DNA of 64,000 bases from an uncultured archaeon (GTDB lineage Archaea > Iainarchaeota > Iainarchaeia > Iainarchaeales > GCA-2688035), in assembly GCA_964640195.1 (NCBI GenBank), contig CAZXIC010000001.1, positions 8,544 to 72,543 on the forward strand, read 5' to 3'. Positions 9,239 to 16,588 of this stretch are shown piece by piece (positions within the stretch are counted from its first letter, which is position 1; each line of letters begins with the position of its first letter). The translations under genes and the position numbers were made by a program. The notes under the pieces are model-generated. The model was given only the letters and a program-made list of their open reading frames with translations, searched no databases and was not told the DNA's origin.

Positions 9239-10576
9239 TTACTCATACCTTAATGCTTCAACCGGCTTAAGTTTTGCAGCTGCCCTTGCAGGCATTATCC
9301 CAGAGACTATTCCGACTGCCGTTGACAGGACTATTGCGATTATGACCAGCTGTGGTGTCACCAGTGTTGTTGCACCGCCCCTCATCATTGGCAGGGAGAT
9401 TATGTTAAGCGCACCCAGTATAACCGAAACCATTGTGCCAAGCAGCACGCCAATTATTCCGCCGACAAGCCCGAACAGGCCTGATTCAATGATAAACAGC
9501 CTTAAAATCTCCCTTTTTGTTGCCCCGAGTGCTTTTAGGATGCCTATCTCCCTTGTTTTTTCAAGCACTGATGTAAACATGCTGTTTGCCACTCCGATTG
9601 CCCCCACCAGAAGGGAGATTGCCGCTATTGCCCCCAGGAAGAGTGTCAGCGACTGGGTTGTTTCAGCTATCTGCTCCTGCATTGCTTGTGAAGAGCTGAT
9701 GCTGAAGTCCTGATTGTCTTCTATTACCCTTCTTGAAAGCAGCAATGAAGTGGTGAGTTCATCCATTGTGTCTTCAACGAGTTCTGCGTCCTTCACTTTT
9801 GCCTGAATTGAGGAAAAGGTGTCTTTTTCAACGTCTGTTACCTCCCAGGCGCTTGTGTAGGACATGTAGACCGCCGAGTCAGACCCGCCTCCCATGCCCA
9901 TCCCAATTCCGGACTCTTCCAGGATTCCAACGACTGTGAACGGCCTGTCTTCTATTGTTATCCTTCGCCCTATAGTAATCGGCTGCTTGAATGTCTCATA
10001 GGCAAGCCTGTATCCTATGACTACTGATGTTAAGTCGCTTGAGCTTAGGGGCCTTCCGCTTTCAATTTCAAGGGTTGTTATTTCCTTCCAAGTTGTGGGA
10101 TTTACGCCGTTTATGGTTACATTCGCCGATTCCGACAGGAAAACAAGTTCACCCCTCCCCGAAACCATTTCTGTTACGTATTGCACATTTGGGTTGCCGC
10201 CTATCACGCTTGAGTCCCTTTTCGTCAGCGTGGGCTCCTCCTCATCTTCCGACTCAAATCCAGGTCTGCGCATTGCCCCCGGCTCCCTTCCGCCCCTAAA
10301 CTCGCCTCCGAAAAATCCGGCTCTGCTGAAGCCGGGGCTGACTGTAATGATGTCTGCCCCAAGCCCTGACAGGTTTTCTGTAACGCTTGCCTGGGCTCCC
10401 TCGCCTATTGAGATTATTGAGACCACTGCTGCTACGCCTATGATTATTCCAAGCAGTGTGAGCCATGACCTGAGCTGCCTGTGCATTATGCTGTTTATAG
10501 ATAGCTTGAAGGAGTTTGCTATGTTCAAATTGCATTCACTCCTTGTGCTTTTCAATGAATTTTGCTGCTTTTTCAA
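9239..10576 (-). CDS. MacB-type ABC transporter permease (MacB periplasmic domain plus FtsX domain)
   Basis: 445 aa. Motifs: HRQLRSWLTLLGIIIGVAAVVSI, then a roughly 250-aa extracytoplasmic domain, then C-terminal FtsX helices (EKTREIGILKALGATKREI...). An alternative in-frame TTG start at 10528 would remove the overlap with the upstream gene. Confidence 0.85.
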   Translation of the reverse strand: MKKQQNSLKSTRSECNLNIANSFKLSINSIMHRQLRSWLTLLGIIIGVAAVVSIISIGEGAQASVTENLSGLGADIITVSPGFSRAGFFGGEFRGGREPGAMRRPGFESEDEEEPTLTKRDSSVIGGNPNVQYVTEMVSGRGELVFLSESANVTINGVNPTTWKEITTLEIESGRPLSSSDLTSVVIGYRLAYETFKQPITIGRRITIEDRPFTVVGILEESGIGMGMGGGSDSAVYMSYTSAWEVTDVEKDTFSSIQAKVKDAELVEDTMDELTTSLLLSRRVIEDNQDFSISSSQAMQEQIAETTQSLTLFLGAIAAISLLVGAIGVANSMFTSVLEKTREIGILKALGATKREILRLFIIESGLFGLVGGIIGVLLGTMVSVILGALNIISLPMMRGGATTLVTPQLVIIAIVLSTAVGIVSGIMPARAAAKLKPVEALRYE

Positions 10577-12047
10577 AGAGTTTCAGCACGTGCTTTTGCC
10601 TGAACAGCCTTCCCAGCAGTAGGAGTGACACCACTGCAGCCAATGCTATTGCAATTGCGCTGGAGCCGAACAGGAAAATTGCTGTAATGAAAAGAACTGC
10701 AACTATTGCAAGCGCTTTGCCAAGCCTTTTCCAGTTGCTGTTTCCTGCCTTGAACCTGTTGAACGCTGCTGCTCCTACAATAATTACTACAAGCAAGGCC
10801 CACGCAACAGTGGAAAGGTCTGTTGACTGCCTGCTTCTCATCCTGTCAGCAAATCCTGTTGTTGTCGTGTCAGTTGTTTCTGAAAACGTCAGGGTCATTT
10901 CAAGTTTTTTCTCAATGCTTTGCCTCTGGCCTGTTGTGTCAGTGTAGTCCACCTGTATAATTACTATGCCCCTGTCTGATTCCTGCGTTGTTTCTGTCTG
11001 GTCTGTGGATGCCGCATCTCCACCTGCACCCGTCCGGCCTGAAGGCAGGTCTCCAACACCAGGCCTCATTTGCATGGCTCTCTGAATGACTTCAAAGTTT
11101 GCCAGGGTGTAGTCGCCTTTGTTCAGGTTTCCCAAGATGGCTATGTTGCTACCGTTTACCGCTATGTTTTGCTGGCTTGGGATTTTGACTACTACCGCAT
11201 CTGCGTTGTTTGAGCCGATGTTTGCAATGCTTATTGACAGCTGGTTGTTGGTCATCAGTTCCGCGCTTATTTCAAAGTCTGTTTTGCCGCCGATTATCAG
11301 GCCGATGTGGGATACCTGCGTTCTTGTGGCATTGATGTCGTTAAAGGTTATGCTGATGTCCAGGGGGTAGACGCCTGGCGTGATGTTTGGGTCGGCTGTG
11401 ACAAGGTATGAGACTTCTGCCTTTTGGTTTGCTGAAAGGACGTTAACGTATCTTTTGTTGTCCGAACCGATGGGCAGCACCAGGTTGTTTTCCTCTGCCC
11501 AGGAAAGAGAAATGTTTGATACAGGCGTGTTGCCAACGTTCTTGATTGTGAAAATGACTTCTGTTGGCTTGCCTGGGTTTACCACGTTTGGGTCAATCGT
11601 TATGTCAAGGTTTTTCTCAGCTTTTGTAATAGGCACAAAGACAATGTGGGTTTGCTTGAGCAGGTCTTTGTTGCTCAGATAGAGCATTGTTAATGGCACG
11701 GAGTATTGACCGGATGATGTGCCTACTTTTGCCTGGAATTGGAACACAAGTGTTTTAGTCTCACCGGCGTTGATAGAATCAATTGAGTCAACGGTCTTTA
11801 TTCCCTCGAATTGGCCCCCTAAGGTTATTTCTGCCTCCAGGTCAACCAGTTGGATGTTGCTGGCCCTGTTTTTTATGCCAACTTCCATGTTTATTATGTC
11901 GCCGGCGTAGATAGTTGAAGGCAGAAAACTTGTGTCGGATACCTCGATTTGGTAACCGTATTCTGGGTTTATTGCAGCATTGGCTGGTTGAGATGCAGCC
12001 AATCCGACAAAAAAAACCACAAGGACTGAAATAATTGCTTTGTTCAT
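10536..12047 (-). CDS. secreted, C-terminally TM-anchored surface protein with CARDB/S-layer-domain-like Ig repeats (hypothetical)
   Basis: 503 aa. Signal peptide MNKAIISVLVVFFVGLAASQPANA. Repeated beta-sandwich signatures (GDIINMEVGIKNRAS, GKPTEVIFTIKNVGNTPVSNISL, IANIGSNNADAVVV). Two C-terminal hydrophobic helices. GAGGAGG SD upstream. Confidence 0.6.
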   Translation of the reverse strand: MNKAIISVLVVFFVGLAASQPANAAINPEYGYQIEVSDTSFLPSTIYAGDIINMEVGIKNRASNIQLVDLEAEITLGGQFEGIKTVDSIDSINAGETKTLVFQFQAKVGTSSGQYSVPLTMLYLSNKDLLKQTHIVFVPITKAEKNLDITIDPNVVNPGKPTEVIFTIKNVGNTPVSNISLSWAEENNLVLPIGSDNKRYVNVLSANQKAEVSYLVTADPNITPGVYPLDISITFNDINATRTQVSHIGLIIGGKTDFEISAELMTNNQLSISIANIGSNNADAVVVKIPSQQNIAVNGSNIAILGNLNKGDYTLANFEVIQRAMQMRPGVGDLPSGRTGAGGDAASTDQTETTQESDRGIVIIQVDYTDTTGQRQSIEKKLEMTLTFSETTDTTTTGFADRMRSRQSTDLSTVAWALLVVIIVGAAAFNRFKAGNSNWKRLGKALAIVAVLFITAIFLFGSSAIAIALAAVVSLLLLGRLFRQKHVLKLFEKAAKFIEKHKE

Positions 12048-12049
12048 TT

Positions 12050-12394
12050 TTAGTTCCTCCTCATTGGCATTATTCCTTTTTGGTGCAATGCTTCCATTAT
12101 TTGCTGCTGTGAAGCCTCTTCAGGCAAGCCGAGGGCTTCCAATACTTGCTCTTTTGTGGCGCCCTCTGGCAATCCCAGTGATTCGCCTATTCTCACAAAA
12201 AATGCGTTGCTGTCGCCGAATTCACCAAAATCACCTCTTGGGCCAAATGCATTGCTGTCGCCAAATTCCCCAAAATTGCCCCTTGGGCCCATCAGCATTC
12301 TTTGGATTTGCCTAAAGCCGCCCAGGGCAAAAAACAAAACAGCCCCGACCAGCACAATGGCAACAATCAATGCAATCGCAATCTTCTTGTTCAT
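12050..12394 (-). CDS. 114-aa membrane-anchored or secreted tandem-repeat protein (hypothetical)
   Basis: N-terminal helix MNKKIAIALIVAIVLVGAVLFFAL, then GPRGNFGEFGDSNAF and GPRGDFGEFGDSNAF, then an acidic helical tail (ATKEQVLEALGLPEEASQQQIMEAL). GAGGAG SD upstream. The two 45-nt repeats differ at 5 synonymous sites and 1 non-synonymous site, which supports real coding. Confidence 0.6.
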   Translation of the reverse strand: MNKKIAIALIVAIVLVGAVLFFALGGFRQIQRMLMGPRGNFGEFGDSNAFGPRGDFGEFGDSNAFFVRIGESLGLPEGATKEQVLEALGLPEEASQQQIMEALHQKGIMPMRRN

Positions 12395-13098
12395 TTGCTT
12401 CTCCTCTTGTCGTTTTTACCGTCGTAAATTATTTTTCCGTCCTCCAGTTCAATTATCCTTTCAGCGTGTTCTGCGATGCCAGGCTCGTGGGTCACCATAA
12501 CAATTGTTTTTCCTTCGCTTTTATGCAGCTCAACAAACAGCTCCAGAATCTCTTTGCTGATTTTCGTGTCAAGGTTTCCGGTCGGCTCGTCCGCCAGAAC
12601 CATTGAGGGCTCGGCTGACAAGGCTCTTGCAATCGCAACCCTCTGCCTTTCACCGCCTGAAAGCTGCGCTGGCTTGTGGTTAATCCTGTGCTGCAGCCCA
12701 ACCAAGGCAGCCAGCTCCCTGACTTTGCCGGCTATTTCAGCTTCACCGAACTCGTGTATCCGCATGGGCAAAGCAATGTTGTCAAACACATTCAGCGTGG
12801 GATAGAGGTTGAAGACCTGGAAAACGAAGCCAATCTTTTTTCCCCTGATTCTCGCAAGCCTTGATTCGGGAAGCTGCGTAATCTCAGTGCCATCCAAGAA
12901 AACCAGGCCTCTTGTCGGAATGTCCAAGGCGCCAATCATGTTCAATGCGGTTGACTTGCCTGAGCCGGAAGCGCCGACAACAGCAACGAACTCGCCTTCC
13001 CTGACATTCAGGCTGATGCCCCTCAGTGCAGGCACCTCAACGTCGTCCATTTTGTATATTTTCCAGACGTCACGCAACTCCAAAACGCTATTTGACAT
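12391..13098 (-). CDS. ABC transporter ATP-binding protein (MacB/LolD type)
   Basis: 235 aa. Walker A GASGSGKST, Q-loop, signature LSGGERQRVAIARAL, Walker B MVLADEPTGNLD, H-loop VTHEP. Confidence 0.92.
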   Translation of the reverse strand: MSNSVLELRDVWKIYKMDDVEVPALRGISLNVREGEFVAVVGASGSGKSTALNMIGALDIPTRGLVFLDGTEITQLPESRLARIRGKKIGFVFQVFNLYPTLNVFDNIALPMRIHEFGEAEIAGKVRELAALVGLQHRINHKPAQLSGGERQRVAIARALSAEPSMVLADEPTGNLDTKISKEILELFVELHKSEGKTIVMVTHEPGIAEHAERIIELEDGKIIYDGKNDKRRSK

Positions 13099-13127
13099 TC
13101 TTTCTCACTTGAATAAGGGGTTTACTC

Positions 13128-13158
13128 TATTTATAAAAAAGATGGATTTAAAATCCAT
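13128..13158 (-). promoter_or_regulatory. putative promoter of the ABC operon: TATA-like box plus an upstream 17-bp palindrome
   Basis: Read on the minus strand: ATGGATTT-T-AAATCCAT (13158..13142), followed at once by CTTTTTTATAAATAG (a TTTATAAATA TATA-like box), about 30-35 nt upstream of the ATG at 13098. Confidence 0.35.
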
Positions 13159-13194
13159 TCTCTTGTAGCCCGATGCACGCCAGAATAAAAAGAG

Positions 13195-13213
13195 GGACTC
13201 CAAAAAGGAGTCC
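13195..13213 (-). terminator. hairpin plus T-tract downstream of gene 13216..13713
   Basis: GGACTCC-AAAAA-GGAGTCC is a perfect 7-bp stem starting 3 nt after the stop codon, followed on the minus strand by CTCTTTTTATTCT. Confidence 0.4.
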
Positions 13214-13215
13214 AC

Positions 13216-13713
13216 TCAGTTGCCTTCCTGCCATTGACCGTGGGGTAGATTTCCGCGCATGCCGAATTTGGATACCGCACGAAAACCTTTTTGGGCGTGA
13301 ATGCAGCCAATGCCAAGCTCTTCAGCTATTTCTTTTGCCGTTTCATAATCGCCGTTTTGCATTGCTTCATGCATTTCGGCAAACCTGGCAAAATTCTCTT
13401 CAGTTATTATGTCAGTTATCTTGGGCATGCTTTCGATTGCCTGAACCCAGGCAGCATAATCCCCTTCTTCCAATGCCTGCTCGATAGCCTGCCCTGCTTG
13501 ATTGCGCTCAGCCATTTGCTGGAATTGTTCCTCGGTTATCTTAGGCGAGATTGCCTCCACGAATGCCTCGTAATCACTGCTGTCCAAAGCCTGCCTTGCT
13601 GCGTCATTGTTCTGAGGGCCATTGCCAAAAAAGCCTCCAAAAGCATAGGCGCCTGATGCTGCCGCAGCACAAGCCATTAGAGCAAGGAACCCTGCAATGT
13701 ATTTCTTGTTCAC
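13216..13713 (-). CDS. secreted acidic helical-repeat protein (hypothetical)
   Basis: Track ORF 13216..13758, trimmed to the GTG at 13713, which is preceded by GGAGGTG with a 5-nt spacer. Signal-like VNKKYIAGFLALMACAAAASGAYA, a Gly/Phe patch GGFFGNGP, then three DY-x-helix repeats (DYEAFVEAISPKITEEQF, DYAAWVQAIESMPKITDIITEENF, DYETAKEIAEELG). Confidence 0.55.
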   Translation of the reverse strand: MNKKYIAGFLALMACAAAASGAYAFGGFFGNGPQNNDAARQALDSSDYEAFVEAISPKITEEQFQQMAERNQAGQAIEQALEEGDYAAWVQAIESMPKITDIITEENFARFAEMHEAMQNGDYETAKEIAEELGIGCIHAQKGFRAVSKFGMRGNLPHGQWQEGN

Positions 13714-13794
13714 AATTTGCACCTCCTGTTTTTGCGCAAAACGCGCGCTGTAATACAACCCTTTTTCCTGGTTTATAAGGAAGAAGGAGGGGAA

Positions 13795-14598
13795 ATGTTC
13801 ACTTTGCGTCCATTCATTTTTTATATTCCTTTCAGCAAAGGGATGTTAATGCCAGCGCCTTTTCAAGGGCCTCAGGCCTTTAACCTTCAGGGCTTTGCAA
13901 TGGGCTTCCGCAGCCCCCCCTTTGAACTGCTTTTGATTGAGCTTGTTTACTTTCTCGCAATTGCGGCCATTTGCCTTGCGGTTTACCTCAAGACATGGGA
14001 AATTTACAGGCTCTCACAGCACAGGGGCGTCTTTCACTTCAAGAACATTTTCCTCTACTTCGCAATTTCCTACTTTTTCAGGTTTGCGCACATGTTTCTC
14101 CTTGTTTCTGAGGAAATTTTTTCTGTTGACCTTTCCTTTTTTGCCCTCAGGCTGACAATGTTCCTTGTCTCATATTGCGGCACAATGGCAATCCTGTCGC
14201 TTTTCATGGCTGCAATTGCCAAAAACATCAAAACAAGCGCAGACAGGCACATTTCACTGGTCTTGCACGGCATAGCGCTTGTCCTGGCGCTTTTTGCGGC
14301 TGTCCCAAGGTCAAATTCAATCCTGATTGCCCTGCAAACAGCACTGCTTCTGGCTGCTCTCATGGTCGTTTTCCTGAAGCCGGGCAGGAAACCGAAAAAA
14401 ATCCTTTCCCAAAACAGGCTGACCTATATTCTCCTCGCTGTTTTCTGGGTCGCCAACCTGCTTCCCTTCAGCGTGCGATTTCTTCCGCTCTGGTTGAAAA
14501 CACTGCTTTACCTCCTATCCATTGGCGTATTTCTGTCAATCTTCCTAAGGGTTCAGAAGAGGTTGCCTCCAAATGCCAAGAAAAAGAGACAGGCTTGA
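13795..14598 (+). CDS. polytopic membrane protein (hypothetical)
   Basis: Track ORF 13717..14598, trimmed to the ATG at 13795, which is preceded by AGGAGGGG. About 7 hydrophobic helices and a basic C-terminal tail. No family recognised. Confidence 0.5.
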   Translation: MFTLRPFIFYIPFSKGMLMPAPFQGPQAFNLQGFAMGFRSPPFELLLIELVYFLAIAAICLAVYLKTWEIYRLSQHRGVFHFKNIFLYFAISYFFRFAHMFLLVSEEIFSVDLSFFALRLTMFLVSYCGTMAILSLFMAAIAKNIKTSADRHISLVLHGIALVLALFAAVPRSNSILIALQTALLLAALMVVFLKPGRKPKKILSQNRLTYILLAVFWVANLLPFSVRFLPLWLKTLLYLLSIGVFLSIFLRVQKRLPPNAKKKRQA

Positions 14599-14848
14599 AA
14601 TAATTTTTACCATACTGAATATCGTGCGGCAGCACTACAATTCAATCAAGCCCACGCCCCTGCTCAGGTACACCAACATTTCCTCGCAAAGCTTTTCCGA
14701 ATACTACCAGGAATTGAAAGAAAAAGAATTTGTCAGGGAAGAGGTGGACAAAAAAGGCAGGAAATATGTTTGCCTGACAGACAAGGGATTTAAGTTCCTG
14801 GAGAAATACAGGCTGATAAAAGACTTTATAAGGGAATTCGAGCTGTGA
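14573..14848 (+). CDS. small archaeal winged-helix transcriptional regulator (COG3432-like)
   Basis: 91 aa. RDRLEIIFTILNIVRQHYNSIKPTPLLRYTNISSQSFSEYYQELKEKEFV..KGRKYVCLTDKGFKFLEKY is the typical wHTH pattern. Overlaps the upstream membrane-protein gene by 26 nt. Confidence 0.7.
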   Translation: MPRKRDRLEIIFTILNIVRQHYNSIKPTPLLRYTNISSQSFSEYYQELKEKEFVREEVDKKGRKYVCLTDKGFKFLEKYRLIKDFIREFEL

Positions 14849-14951
14849 ATCCTTTGGATGAAAAAAGCATGGATTTTTTGCTTCCCAAGGATTCAGGCCA
14901 AAAGCCAATAAAAAACATTTAAATACCTGAACAGGCTTAATTTCTGCTGCT

Positions 14952-15230
14952 ATGCAGACAAGTGACGTTATTCTCGGCTTGCTGATAATTCTGTTGGTTG
15001 GCTGGACCATGCTGATTGCGATAGAGCAGAGGGGCGTGAGGGTTTCACTGAATGCCTTGAGTGTAATGCAGGCAGGGCAGGCAATACGTGTTTCCCCGGA
15101 GAAATGCAAGCAGGTTGCAGGACACAGGTTGGTTAAAGCGGCTGAGCTGCGGCAGGAAGAGTATTACACTACTGTGGGCTTTGACACTGACCTGAACCAG
15201 AGCTTTTTCTGCTTTTACGAAAGCGGCTGA
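14952..15230 (+). CDS. hypothetical protein with one N-terminal TM helix
   Basis: 92 aa. VILGLLIILLVGWTMLIAI helix. No recognisable domain. Confidence 0.3.
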   Translation: MQTSDVILGLLIILLVGWTMLIAIEQRGVRVSLNALSVMQAGQAIRVSPEKCKQVAGHRLVKAAELRQEEYYTTVGFDTDLNQSFFCFYESG

Positions 15231-15234
15231 CAGC

Positions 15235-16140
15235 CTACTTTATCCCAAGCATTGCGTCAATCGCTTTCTTTGATTTTTCAATTATTTCTTTTCCAAGCTT
15301 TACCTCAAACTGCTCCTTTTTCAGCGCATTGAACACAGTCTGCAGGTCTGTTTTCTTCATCGAACTGCAGACGGCTGTATCCCTTATCGGGAAGAATTTT
15401 TTCCCGGGCAATTCCATGGACAGGCGATAACACATTTCCCTCTCTGTTCCAATAAGGAATTCTTCTGCGTTTGACTGGGCAGCAATTTTAATCATCTGCG
15501 AGGTGCTGCCAATCGCGTCTGCTGCTGCCTGCACCTCAGGGTTGCATTCTGGGTGGACAATCGCAAGGGCGTTTTTATGCACTTTTCTTGCCTGCTGCAA
15601 ATCGCGCAGCCCGATAAAGCGGTGCACATAGCAGAAGCCGTCTGCCGGCACAGGCACAATGCTTTTGTCACTCCGCTGGTCCACGTAGTATGCAAGGTTC
15701 CTGTCAGGACCAAGCAGCACTGTGCTGCTTTGCATCGCATTGGCAACCTCAACCGCGTTCGCGCTGGTGCAGCAGCAGTCCGCAAGCGCCTTGCAGTCGG
15801 CGCTGCTGTTCACATACAGCACGGTTTCAGCCTTTGGATAGCGCTTCTTGGCCTGCAGCAGCTTTTCCGGATGCAGCATGCCTGCCATCGGGCATGCGGC
15901 ATCCTTCGCAGCAAGCAAAACCTTTTTCTCCGGATTAAGAATCTTCGCTGTTTCAGCCATGAAGCTAACTCCGGCAAAAACAATAAGATTGGCATCTGTC
16001 TGCTGGGCTTTTCTCGCCAACTCAAGGCTGTCGCCGGTAAAATCAGCGCACTGCTGCACAGCTGGCAGCTGGTAGTTGTGCGCGAGAATAGCAGCGTTCT
16101 TTTCTTTCCGCAGCGTGTTTATTTCCCTCTGCAACCGCAT
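15235..16140 (-). CDS. nadA: quinolinate synthase A
   Basis: 301 aa. Motifs: AAILAHNYQLPAVQQCADFTGDSLELA, VFAGVSFMAETAKILNP, CPMA, YVNSSA, VHPEC. The three Cys ligand regions are present. Confidence 0.9.
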   Translation of the reverse strand: MRLQREINTLRKEKNAAILAHNYQLPAVQQCADFTGDSLELARKAQQTDANLIVFAGVSFMAETAKILNPEKKVLLAAKDAACPMAGMLHPEKLLQAKKRYPKAETVLYVNSSADCKALADCCCTSANAVEVANAMQSSTVLLGPDRNLAYYVDQRSDKSIVPVPADGFCYVHRFIGLRDLQQARKVHKNALAIVHPECNPEVQAAADAIGSTSQMIKIAAQSNAEEFLIGTEREMCYRLSMELPGKKFFPIRDTAVCSSMKKTDLQTVFNALKKEQFEVKLGKEIIEKSKKAIDAMLGIK

Positions 16141-16292
16141 TACGCAAAATTGGATTTGGAAAGGGTTAAAAGGCTATTATGCAGAAAGCATGCCCCTGGC
16201 AAGAGCAGCTTGGAAAATAGAAAAAAGAAGGACAAAAAACTGTACAATAAAAAAATGTTGGGAGCAAAATAAAAACCGGCTAGAGAGCCTTA

Positions 16293-16344
16293 CCTTCTTC
16301 TCTTTTTCTTCTTTTTTTTCTTTTTTTTCTTTTTTTTCTTCTTT
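16293..16344. repeat. polypyrimidine/polypurine tract with a (C T8)x3 tandem 9-mer core
   Basis: ccttcttctctttttcttc-ttttttttc-ttttttttc-ttttttttc-ttctttg; exact 9-nt units at 16311..16337. On the minus strand this reads as consecutive AAG/AAA codons (see the micro-ORF finding). Confidence 0.9.
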
Positions 16345-16416
16345 GCCATTGCAGAACCTCCAAGAAATATTTTTAACTGATAATAAAAAACACAAAGTCA
16401 TATTTAAATGTTTCTG

Positions 16417-16520
16417 AAAAAAATTTTGGAAAAAATTTTGGAAAAAACATGGAGGCGGGGACTTTTTGGAAAAAATAAAAATTGTGGTGAAAAAATAGAA
16501 AACCTTTTGCAAAAATCAAA
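16417..16520. repeat. phased T4GGA6 repeats (A/T-tract array) in the nadA-speB divergent intergenic region
   Basis: TTTTGGAAAAAA at 16424..16435, 16436..16447 and 16464..16475, plus a degenerate copy (CTTTTGCAAAAA) near 16503. Surrounded by further A-tracts. Confidence 0.8.
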
Positions 16521-16588
16521 AAAATGCATCTCGCAAAAAAAACTTAACAACAATCTTTAAAACAGTTGTTGGTTTATAAAATTAATAA

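Noticed and set aside
16076-16512. 113-aa (plus) and 111-aa (minus) track ORFs across the nadA-speB intergenic region
   Set aside because: Both read through the homopolymeric (C T8)n and T4GGA6 repeats and give low-complexity FFSFFS or KEKKEKK sequence. Only the short SD-preceded poly-Lys micro-ORF is worth flagging, and it is kept as a finding rather than a confident gene.
16293-16520. Possible CRISPR array or replication origin in the repeat-rich nadA-speB spacer
   Set aside because: The repeats are 9-12 nt homopolymer-like units with no spacers of unique sequence, so this is not a CRISPR array. No Orc1/Cdc6 gene is adjacent and I recognise no ORB-like inverted repeats, so an origin call is unsupported.
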